A stretch of DNA of 63,937 bases, filler included, from Octopus bimaculoides (Eukaryota): the NCBI RefSeq assembly GCF_001194135.2. It is 4 parts of 4 records of this genome, joined end to end, with 100 filler letters (N's around TTAATTAATTAA, not from the genome) between each part and the next. Parts side by side here need not be neighbours in the genome. Positions count along the whole stretch, not along the records: positions 21,424 to 50,953 come from NC_068984.1; 3 more parts are not named here. One strand, written 5' to 3'. The stretch's first letter is position 1. Every line of letters begins with the position of its first letter. The notes under the pieces are model-generated. The model searched no databases. It was not told the DNA's origin and saw nothing but the letters and a program-made list of their open reading frames with translations. The position numbers and the translations under genes are program-made. Below, in pieces: positions 26,101 through 37,090 of the stretch.

Positions 26101-28284
26101 TTCATGGCCTTTCGCTATATTAGAACATTTTAATTGTGCTATTCGTTTGAGAATACATGCCCCTAAACATATAATGCATATATACTTGCATACTCACATA
26201 CATTATGCAAGCATACAAACATGCATTCATATATACATGCATTTGTGACTTTAAATTCTTTCACTTTTATATACATGCATGCATACATACACACATACAT
26301 ACTTAAAAGCCACTGGTCATAACAAACTATATACACATAAATATGAACTCAAGAGTCTGAAATTCCGCTTCCCAAAACCTTAAGTTCAATGAGTCAACAT
26401 TAACTATAAATGTTCAAGGAATAAATAGTTACTTAACAAATCGCTTATTCGATTGATGAAGGGAAGAGATATTTATTTCAGAGTTTTCGAAACTCATGTT
26501 TGGAAAGGAATAAGTTATTCCCTGACCAGAAACTGCTACGGAATAGATTCCAGTAAAGGAGCTCCAGGACCAGCTGATGGTGTTAAATCGGGCTATAAAT
26601 TAGCTCTTATTACTCAAGAATAGGAATGATTCTTCCGACGAACTACCATACAGTTTTCGTCTATCAAATTTCATTCACAAGACTGTGGTTGATCTGAGGC
26701 CATGACAGAGGACATACATATGCATAATGTGTTACCGCAAAATGGATTGAACCTGAAATCACAAAGTTACGAATCGAACTTCTTAACCACACAACCATAC
26801 CTGCGAGCATGTCATTTGAAATTTTCTTAAAAATATGGAATGGTATTCTTTGTAAAGATACAGCTCTTTTAGGCGAATCTCGGATCTGGTACTAAACAAC
26901 AACAATTACGAACACATGCGGTATTTAATTGTGCATCAAATAATTTTCCAACTCACTAACTGCACATTGATGAAAATAGCCCATTCTCTAGAAGGTTTGA
27001 AATAATTTTAGTCTAAGATCTAGAATAGATCTTTTAACAACTGAATTTTATAGCATACATTTTGGAAGATCTACAGTACTATTATTCGGATTCCTTAAAA
27101 AGTCTCTATTGTTGTACTTAGAGCAGAAGACAGAGTCACCACTTGTAATGTCAGCTAGTAGTACTGACTGCTGGATGCTGGCTATTATTTATAGCATTGG
27201 AGGTTACAATTATACACAAGACGATGACGAAATCAGTCGAGATTTAGCAAATGACGTTCCAGCGAATCGCGAAATCGGGTGATTACTGAATGTATGTATG
27301 TATGTATGTATGTATGTATGTATGTATGTATGTATGTATGTATGTATGCATGCATGCAAGTATGTATGTATGTAATTCTTGCAGTATAAAGTAACAATGT
27401 ATTTCCACAAAATGAAAATAAATGTAACATCTTATGAGTCTACTTAACTGTTGCGAGATAGTAGACATTTTTATTAAACGCGCGAACCAAGTCTGAGAAA
27501 GAACTTCAGTTTTTGGTATTATATAACATAAACAAATTTTTTTATGTATATCATACTAACATTTCTGGTATGTGAAGTTTCTAAATAAACCTGTTCCTTT
27601 GTTTAGTTGGTATTTAAAAACAACAATTGCATATGATAATCTTTATAGTGCAGGGAACCCATTCTAACCGTTTTGTTGATAAGATCGATTTCTAAGAGTT
27701 TAAGTTCCTGTGTGGATCCTGAAACCAAACTTATTGTGTGCAACTGCTGTGCCGAACACTTTTCAGTTTTCTTGGTAAAGAATTTGACAGAGAGATGTCT
27801 GCTGGTATCGTAATATCCTTCGTAAAATTTCATAAAATGATGTCGGTGTATATCCAGTTATGTATAGGATAGAAAGAGTAAACAAAAAAAAAAAAAAAAA
27901 AAAAAAAGGAGAGTGGATTGGGAGGAAATATTTGCCATGTTTTGATAGTGAGTGTTGTATTATATTGATTGGCAAGGTGTAAGTCACTGATAGAAACAAT
28001 ATTTGTGTCTAATTTATGCACAAGTTCAGCACTTTTCAGAAGGGGGAAGCAGTCGATTATATCGACTCCGTAAGAGTAAAATGCAACGTTGACGTCATCG
28101 GGATTTGAACTCAGAACGTAAAATATTGGAACGAATTCTGCTCTAACGATTCTGCAAATCCATTGCCCTTAGATTATTTGTCATATAAAAACAAGACCTG
28201 AAACTGAGTAGGAAGAAATCAGTCAATTAAATTGACTTCAATGGGATTTGAAGCCCGCGCTCTTAACCACTACACCACAGAATA

Positions 28285-28535
28285 CGGCGTAGTGGTTAAG
28301 AGCGCGGGCTACTAATCCTAAGATTCCGAGTTCGATTCCAGGCAGTGACTGGAATAATAATAATAATAATAACGGCAACAACACCGAAAAGATACCTTAG
28401 GAATGAGAACCCAGGTTCGAAATTTCCCCAAGACACCTGATGAAGGCCGGAGGGTATATCAGCCGAAACGTCGTGTTTACAATAAACAAGATGAGGACAA
28501 CATCCGTCAAAATGTAAATAATGTAAATAATGTTT
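28285..28535 (+). mobile_element. tRNA-derived SINE carrying a hammerhead ribozyme motif (family H)
   Basis: A box CGGCGTAGTGG (28285-28295), anticodon-like arm, B box GAGTTCGATTCC (28328-28339), internal (AAT)n, second B-box-like GGTTCGAAATTTCC, hammerhead 28431-28478, tail of AATGTAAAT repeats. Confidence 0.8.
28431..28478 (+). ncRNA. Minimal type I hammerhead ribozyme (predicted)
   Basis: AGACAC | CUGAUGA | A | GGC-CGGAGGGUAUAUCA-GCC | GAAAC GUC^ | GUGUUU: complete core, 6-bp stem I, stem II, palindromic ACGU stem III, GUC triplet (cleavage after 28472). Folded by eye. Confidence 0.72.
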
Positions 28536-28843
28536 ATTTTTATTTGGGTGCATAAATATATATACACGTTAATTTATATATTATTTGTATACTTGCATAT
28601 TCTTTCATTCTTTTACTAGATTCAGTTATTTGATTGAGGCCATGCTGGAGTCCCACTTTGAAGGTTTTTAATCGAACAAATCGACCCCAGGACTTAACAT
28701 TTGGAAGCCTAGTACTTATTCTATCGTTCCCTTTTTACCGAACGCTAAGTTACGGGGACGTAACCACACCAGCACCGTTTGTCAAGCAGTGATGGAGACA
28801 CACACACACATACATAACATACACGCATACATACATACATATT

Positions 28844-28876
<33 letters not shown>

Positions 28877-29849
28877 ATATATAATATATATATATGGGAG
28901 AATATACAAAAAATAACAACAGACGAGGACAGGTGGTGTAAATAACANNNNNNNNNNNNNNNNNNNNNNNNNNNNNNNNNNNNNNNNNNNNNNNNNNNNN
29001 NNNNNNNNNNNNNNNNNNNNNNNNNNNNNNNNNNNNNNNNNNNNNNNNNNNNNNNNNNNNNNNNNNNNNNNNNNNNNNNNNNNNNNNNNNNNNNNNNNNN
29101 NNNNNNNNNNNNNNNNNNNNNNNNNNNNNNNNNNNNNNNNNNNNNNNNNNNNNNNNNNNNNNNNNNNNNNNNNNNNNNNNNNNNNNNNNNNNNNNNNNNN
29201 NNNNNNNNNNNNNNNNNNNNNNNNNNNNNNNNNNNNNTATATATGTATAGGACAGGAGACAAACAAGAACACGTCTCCCTTGTTCCAGCTCCAACGGAGA
29301 GAAAGAAAGATGGCCGATGGCCACGTGAGCAAGGGAGGAGGAGTGATGGAGAGTGACAGAGTAATAGGATAGAATACTGGGCTCCTCTTCTCCCACTAGA
29401 GTGTGTGCCGCCCGGAGCAGCCCTTCCGTTTGCCGCCCTTGGACCCCGCAAAAAGCACGTATTGCTTACAGCAATAGCCTACAACAAGATGAAAAGTGCA
29501 GCCCGGGGCGGACCGCCCCTACCGCCCCACCTAACTTATGTAAAATAGGAATCAAAGGGGTCTATAGACAAAAATGGTTGAGAACCACTGTGTTATAGTC
29601 TCCTTGTGTGCATTTGGTAGACGGAAACCGTAGAAGCGCGTTATATAGTGTGTGTGTATGGGGGGTATTTGTTTGTATGCGTGTATACGTATGTGTATGT
29701 ATACTTGACTGTATGTGTGTAAATGTGTGTGCGTGTATGTGTACGTGTGTGCGTGTGTGTGTGCGTGTACAGGATGTCTCAAAAGTCACTATTTTGAGAA
29801 AGAATTGGAATTGTGTAAAACTGGTTTAAATTTGAATAATATGTAACAG

Positions 29850-30136
29850 GATGTCACAGTCTGTGACTTCTTTGATCCTTCCCACATCCTGAAGTCCACG
29901 ATAAATGAAAGAGTCATTGCTTCCGTTGCTGAACGAAGCAAAACCCTTAAGTATCGGGACTTGGCAGTGAGCCACTTCTCCCAGCCTTTAGCGTTTGAGA
30001 CGTTTGGAGGGACTGGGCTGCTATTTCTGTGATCGATGGCGGCTCGTCTTACCGAAGCGTCAGGTGACGCCCTGAGGGTACTTGACTGTTTCAACGCCTT
30101 AGTCTGGCCGCCCGTCGCAATGCAGTGAGTGTGATG
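29850..30136 (+). mobile_element. CRE-like non-LTR retrotransposon, C-terminal REL endonuclease fragment
   Basis: DVTVCDFFDPSHI..VASVAERSKTLKYRDL..PLAFETFGG..RLTEASGD..QRLSLAARRNAVSV follows the D..K.KY..ETFG..QRLS...N pattern of CRE-type endonuclease domains; one stop and a frameshift. Confidence 0.75.
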
Positions 30137-30296
30137 GTTTACAGTAGACTCCATTGAACCAATTGAGGCACTTGATGTTGAATTGATGTTTTTTCTTGTT
30201 TTTCTTCGTCCTCTTCTTTTTTCTTTTTCTTTCTTCGCCCATATTTGTGTTTTGTTCGGTTTGGGATTTGTATATTAATGTGGTTTTGCATTATAT

Positions 30297-30669
30297 ATTC
30301 TTTTATTCTTTTACTTGTTTCAGTCATTTGACTGCGGCCATGCTGGAGCACCGCCTTTAGTCGAGCAAATCGACCCCATGGCTTATTCTTTCTAAGCCTA
30401 GTACTTATTATATAGGTTTATTTTGCCGAACTACTAAGTTACGGGGACGTAAACGCACCAGCATCGGTTGTCAAGCGATGTTGGGGGGACAAACACAGAC
30501 ACAAACATATACACACACATACATATATATATGGGCTTCTTTCAGTTTCCGTCTACCAAATCCACTCACAAGGCTTTGGTCGGCCCGAAGCTATAGTAGA
30601 AGACACTTGCCCAAGGTGCCATATTGTGGGAATGAACCCGGAACTATTTGGTTGGTAAGCAAGCTATTT
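30297..30669 (-). mobile_element. SINE family B
   Basis: Reverse copy, head cut by an N gap; inverted relative to 30917-31300. Confidence 0.85.
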
Positions 30670-30745
30670 NNNNNNNNNNNNNNNNNNNNNNNNNNNNNNN
30701 NNNNNNNNNNNNNNNNNNNNNNCTTATGTGTTTAAATGTACACTG

Positions 30746-30777
<32 letters not shown>

Positions 30778-30916
30778 GATAGATAGATAGATACTGATTA
30801 TCCATGAATTATCTTTGCAATTTGAAAAGTTCAATAAATAAAAATAATCAATAAATAAAATAAGGATAACTCAGAAGGAATTTATTGGAAAACATAGACA
30901 AACAAATAAAGTTTTA

Positions 30917-31300
30917 GGTGCAGGAGTGACTGTGTGGTAAGTAGCTTGCTTACCAACCACATGGTTCCGGGTTCAGACCCACTGCGTAGCACCTTGGGCA
31001 AGTGTCTTCTACTATAGCCTCGGGCCAACCAAAGCCTTGTGAGTGGATTTGGTAGATGGAAACTGAAAGAAGCCTGTCGTGTATATGTTTATATATATGT
31101 GTGTCTGCGTTTGTCCCCCCAACATCGCTTGACAACCGATGCTGGTGTGTTTACGTCCCTGTAACTTAGCGGTTCGGCATAAGAGACCGATAGAATAAGT
31201 ACTAGGCTTACAAAGAATAAGTCCTGGGGTCGATTTGCTCGACTAAAGGCGGTGCTCCAGCATGGCTGCAGTCAAATGACTGAAAAAGTAAAAAAAAAAA
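30917..31300 (+). mobile_element. SINE family B, full length
   Basis: Head GGTGCAGGAGTGACTGTGTGG to A-rich tail. Confidence 0.9.
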
Positions 31301-32889
31301 ATAGGAATGACACACTGGATAATGTAGTTCCAGATGTACTTATATCGAAATAAAACTATTTAATCAGAACTGACCAGGGTATAAACAACAATAATACTTC
31401 AGAATACAATAATAGATACAACAGGTTGTGTGGGTACATCAGGTGTCAAGAGGTTAGGTGAATGAAGAATGATGTGATAGACAAGCAGATGTTGAAATGC
31501 TGGCTGAAGGGTTGGCAATTCACACAGGGACAACTGGTACAGTATTGTAACAATGACATTGACACAAAGTTACACTTTTTCTTAGCAGTATTTTCGGTAC
31601 AAATGAAATGGAGTGAAATGTCCTCAGTTTAGAATTGAACTGGCTTTACTGTGCCTAAGTATGGCAGCATGAAATGATAAATGAATCTGGTCTTTGATAC
31701 ACAAGGTGACAAATTCTAGACAGATTTCAGTTTTATTAGACCTCATCAGGAATGCATAGTAGTTATTCTAAGGTCTTATGAGTACATGCTAGACTATATT
31801 TCAGACAAAGCGGCAGCTAAACAGCAATACAGCAAAAATTCATGTATTTCATTAATAGTATATCTCTGTTATGCGTACAAGTTAGGTCGAAGCTGGCAAA
31901 ATTGTTAGCATGTCAGACAAATGCTTAACAACATTCTTCCGGCCTTACATTCCGAGTTCAAATACCATCAAGGGCAACTTTGCATTTTATCCTTCAATAG
32001 AACTCTTCCCATTTGAACCATCAGGCACGTTGCGCTTTTGACTGAATTAAAAACTTGACATTTGAGTCTGCAAATTTCTGTATAATGAAAGTAGCACACA
32101 AGGAAATAACCAGGTTAGCTGCTGAACAGAGAGTTCGTGTTGATAGATACAATATAATCCTCAATAAATTTCTGTATTTTATTATAAATCAAACTAGTTA
32201 TTCCAACAGATACTGAGATACTGTCTAGTGTTAGTGACCTCTTTACCGATTTTGGTAAATGTGTTACATACAGAATTATGAGATTATTTAGCAATATTTC
32301 CATCTGTACATTTGAGGATGAAACTATTGCTGAAAACTACATTTTTAAGTGCTTTTTTTTGGAAACATGCAATGAATTACACATGTGAAAAATGCAATGA
32401 CTGATATATTTTTCAGTTAATAATGTACCAGTTTTTTAAAACTTCTTGGGTTTAAAACAATAACTTGGTCTTGTATTTTAGAAGGTGATACCAACTTATT
32501 TCAGTGAGATTTAAGTCTTTAATGTGAATAAAAATCATGAATAGCCATAATAGAAATAATTCAACTAATGAATTAAAATTAAATTTCACATTTATTATAT
32601 AAAAGAGATAATCCTTTTTTTTTTGTTTTTTAGTGGCCAGAAGCCCAATCTTTCAAGTCCATGTAAGAACACTGTAATGTGGCAGGAAATAAATTCTTGG
32701 CATTGCAGACAGTAATCTTGCACTCCATTTTTTTTTATCACTTCCCATATCTGTATACATTTTGATGTTGCTGATTGACCTAGTTTGAATTTCTTTATTT
32801 TTTGTCATTTTATTGTTAAGTTTCCCAAAAAAAAACAAAAAAAAACAGAGGAGACTTTTTATACTGAATGTAAATGTAGACATTGGTGA

Positions 32890-33112
32890 TACAAGCGAGT
32901 GCTGAAAAGTTCCTGGCCTTAAGGGTATTGCAAAAAGCTTGGTTGGAGGCCCGACCTTCCAAGTTCTTTTACAGAGCTTAGCAAAACTGAAGGGCCTCTG
33001 CAATAAGTGTGTGAAACTGAGAAGAGAACATGCTGAATAAAATCATAATTAGCTGATCCTTCTGTGTGGGTGCTTTTACCCAAAACCAGGAACTTTCTAG
33101 CACCCCCTTGTA
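32890..33112 (+). mobile_element. mariner-derived MITE
   Basis: ~27-bp imperfect TIRs (TACAAGCGAGTGCTGAAAAGTTCCTGG / CCAGGAACTTTCTAGCACCCCCTTGTA) with TA ends; the interior encodes the mariner C-terminus-like KLKGLCNKCVKLRREHAE*. Confidence 0.8.
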
Positions 33113-34479
33113 TATAATATAGACATACAAAAAAAAAAAAAAAAAAAGTCAGACGATCTTCAACACACATTTCCTGGCTATTTCTACATTTTTGAGTTGA
33201 GTTCTTTTACATTCTCTTTATCCACTGTGTTTGAGATTGCAATATTGAAAATGTAGTTCATTAGGCCAATGATACATATATCATGGTAGATAGCCTCAAG
33301 CTGTTACTTGTCTTAACACCAACACTTATCTTTTAAATTCATTTAATGGTAACTGAATTGTTCAAGACACACACAAGTGCAGTTATGAAGTTTGCTTCTC
33401 AACCACATGATTTTGGATTTAGTTCTGCTATGTAGTAAGTGTTTACTGCATCCATGGGCTAACTGGAGACTTGAGAATGGATTTGGTAGACAGAAATTGA
33501 AAAACACTGAAGGAAGCATGTCGCATAGGTGTGGCTTAAAGCATAAGACTGTGTGGTAGGAAGTTTGCTTCCCACTCACATGGTTCTGGGTTCAATCTCA
33601 CTGCAATAGATAACTGGTATTTCAGAAAAAGGATGATGAAATATTCAGTTCTGCTCTCAATTACAACAGCAGAATATTGCAGTTAAAAAGGGTCGGTGAT
33701 AAAGAGATAATGCATGTTCAGGAAAGCTTGAGGAGGAAATTGAGTGAGGGATCCAGTTGTGTGTGTGTGTGTGTGTGTAGTAATAACGAAAATGACTTGT
33801 GGAAATTTTTAGACTTTATTAATGTACTGCAATATATGTTTCTGCATCTCTCATGTTTATTTGTGAGGACATTTTCACATTCAAAGGATATCAGTAAATA
33901 TTAATAACATCTATAAATCTTGAGTATTCCTCTATTCCATGTGCATACTTCCTAAAACTTTTTACAATAATGTCTTTTTGTTAGTTCGATGTTTCCATTT
34001 AATCACAATTACCATTTTACACCGAGCAGGAAGCAATATAGCACAACATAATTTAAAAGGAGTTATGGAGAAAAAACAAGTGAGATGCCAGACCTCTGCT
34101 TTCTCTCTGTCTATCTCGATCTCTCTGGTTGTGTGTGTCTCTTTCTCACTACCTCTACCCTTTTTGTCTCTAGAGACAAGATACATGTGACAGATAGAAA
34201 GGGGATAAGGGAGAAAAAAATGACAGAGCATGGAAGACACAGAAGAAAGACATATATATATATATNNNNNNNNNNNNNNNNNNNNNNNNNNNNNNNNNNN
34301 NNNNNNNNNNNNNNNNNNNNNNNNNNNNNNNNNNNNNNNNNNNNNNNNNNNNNNNNNNNNNNNNNNNNNNNNNNNNNNNNNNNNNNNNNNNNNNNNNNNN
34401 NNNNNNNNNNNNNNNNNNNNNNNNNNNNNNNNNNNNNNNNNNNNNNNNNNNNNNNNNNNNNNNNNNNNNNNNNNNNNNN

Positions 34480-35209
34480 AACATAGAAGTATCCAAAGAG
34501 CATTTGAGGCACATAATGCTTTATGAGTACAAAAAAAGGAAACTCTGCCGCTGAAGTGACTCGAAACATTTACTCAGTTTATGGGAAAGAATGCTTGAAT
34601 GAAAGAACTTGCAGAAGATGGTTTGCAAAATTCAGAAGTGGAGATCTCAGCCTTGAAGATGAAGATAGAACAGGACGTCCAGTTGAGTTTGATGATAAAC
34701 TCCTTGAGGCATTACTTGAAGAAAACCCTGCATTATCTGTTGAAGAATTGGCAATAAAGCTTAGTTCAAACCATACAACTGTTCATAGTCATCTAAAACA
34801 ACTTGGAAAGATTCCTAAACATGGAAAATGGGTGCCTCATGAATTGTCCAAAAGTAACTGCAAATCCCAAGTTGACATCTGGTCTTCTCTCCAGTCTCGC
34901 AAACTCGTTTCACCCTCTTTGGATATACTTGTAACTGGTGACGAAAAATGGATCTTCTATCAAAATGTTAAACGTCGTAAACAGTGGTTTGGTAAAAAGG
35001 AAAAGGTTTAACTGCCACCGAGAAGGGAACTTCATGGGAAAAAGGTTCTTCTCTCTATCTGGTGGGATTCCAAAGGAGTAATTCACTTTGAATTGTTACC
35101 ACCTAATGCAACAATCAATGCTCAAGTCTATTGTCAGCAATTAGAGTGTTTGAATCAAGCTTTGAAGAAAAAATGACCCGCTTTAGTGAATCGAAAACGA
35201 GTGATGTTT
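34480..35209 (+). pseudogene. mariner transposase, truncated and disrupted
   Basis: EVSKEHLRHIMLYE(fs)KKGNSAAE..RWFAKFRSGD..GRP (HTH), WVPHEL linker, first catalytic Asp in TGDEKW, WWDSKGVIHFELL; stops at 35009-35011 and ~35175; ends before the second Asp. Confidence 0.9.
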
Positions 35210-35255
35210 ATTTAGTGTTTTCAGCAGTCAATATACAAAGGAAAAAAAGTGTTTG

Positions 35256-35301
<46 letters not shown>

Positions 35302-35908
35302 TTATATATACACACACACACATATGTATGTACACATACACACACATATCCTCCTTAACATCGCTTTAACATACTCTTTTCCATGTTTCCATTGGTCAAA
35401 TAATAATTTCATCAAAAGAGAATTTTCTATGACTCACCAACACATATAGCATTTTCACTATTCTGTCAAACAATGACCACTTATTCATGCTTTGTAGAAG
35501 ATTGTAAAAAAAATGATATTGATAGTAATTTTTTGTTTACACTCAGTACACACATCTCAAGACAAGGGTGAATACATGCAGACACATACACAGGTTTCTT
35601 CTAGTTTCCTTCAACTAAATTTTTCTCAGAAGCCATTGGTCAACCTATGGTTACAGTGGAAAACACCAGTTGACGGTGTCCACACTCTGGGAACAAGCCC
35701 TTAAACATGTTGTTCAGGAATGAACTTCTCAGCTACACAGCCATACTTGCACATATATATATGGATTCAGTACCACTGGGAAGCACCTTGTGCAAGCATC
35801 TTCTACTATAGCCTCAAGCTAACCAGTCTTCTGAGTGGATTTGGTAAGCAAAAACTTATAGAAGCCCAATGCATGCATGCGTGTGTGCGTGTGCGTGTGT
35901 GTGTGTTG

Positions 35909-36940
35909 TTTCAGTTATTAGACTACGGCCATGCTGGGGCACTGCTTTAAAGGGCTTAGTTGAACAAATCAATCTCATTTTTTAAGACTGATACTTATTC
36001 TAGCAATCTCTTTTATATGCACAAGAGCTTTTATGCACCATGAGTTCATATGAGAAGTCCTCCTCTCAAGGTAAATAATGCAGTATTTTGTGTTCTAACA
36101 CAACATTCATATTAAGTTGGAGATAAAGGCTGCCTATTGTTATTAATACTGCTTCTGTCTCAGTTATTTTTAATAAACTCACTGGCTATTTGCAACACCA
36201 GTGCTTGAATAGACATTGTCAGGAGATTCAACTGTTATGTTGCTACTTGTTCTCTGTCACTGATGAGCTCACAGCAGAGTGAAATCAAGTGATCTGAAAG
36301 TTCCAGCAGCCATAGCAGACAATTCTTGTCTTTCAATGATATAAATACAAGAATATACTCTTAGTATATTGGAATATTCCAGCAGATCATAATGTAATCT
36401 TTGTATTGTCCTTTTTCCTGTCCTGATGATTTTACACCCAAGGTACTTTGAAATGCAGGATTATATATTTATATATGTTTTGTAGTTTAAATTGGATGCA
36501 AAATGAAACTCTTGTCGGTAAAGATGTTAATTAATTAAAAAATTAATTTGTATCCATTGGACATCTCCATTCTCAAACTTAATATTTGATATTTAATGAT
36601 ATTTTATGTAATATATTCATTGAAGAAATAACTCTTCAAAATACAATACATTGAACCAGTGTATCTTGCATAAAAATATCCCTATAACAGATCTAAATAT
36701 CCTCATAGTGACTATACACACACACACACATATATATATATAATCTCCAACTTGACTTGGATGTTGTGTTAGAACACAAAATACTGTTATTTACCTGGAG
36801 ATGAGTTTTTGTATGAACTCATGGTGCATAAAAGCATTTGTGTATATAAAAGAGATTAATAGAATAAGAACCAATCTAAAAAAAAAGTAACGTGATTGAT
36901 TTGTTCAGCTAAGCCCCCTAAACCAGTCCAATAACTGAAA
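35909..36940. repeat. Long imperfect inverted repeat (foldback); arms 35909-36124 and 36743-36940
   Basis: Arms share a SINE-B tail piece plus AATCTCTTTTATAT.CACAA..GCTTTTATGCACCATGAGTTCATA..AGGTAAATAA..CAGTATTTTGTGTTCTAACACAACAT..AAGTTGGAGAT in opposite orientations. Confidence 0.85.
36254..36300 (+). ncRNA. Type I hammerhead ribozyme (predicted)
   Basis: CUGUCA | CUGAUGA | GCUC-ACAGCA-GAGU | GAAA UC-AAGU-GA UC^ | UGAAAG: complete core, stem II 4 bp, stem III 3 bp, AUC triplet (cleavage after 36294), stem I 5 of 6 pairs. Folded by eye. Confidence 0.68.
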
Positions 36941-37090
36941 TTCATTAAACAAACAATAAAAGATATACATATATACATACATATATCGTAGTGGATTGTG
37001 GTAATATATTTAGGAAATGAAGCCAAGTTGTTGACTTGGCTCAATAGGAGCTTATATTTACTCCACACAGTGTTTCAGAATTTCACTGTT

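Noticed and set aside
28285-28350. Functional tRNA gene
   Set aside because: No closable acceptor stem or terminator; continues into a SINE body. The same applies to all other tRNA-like heads here.
32115-32400. Open frames on both strands with possible splice sites
   Set aside because: No recognisable homology; strand ambiguous.
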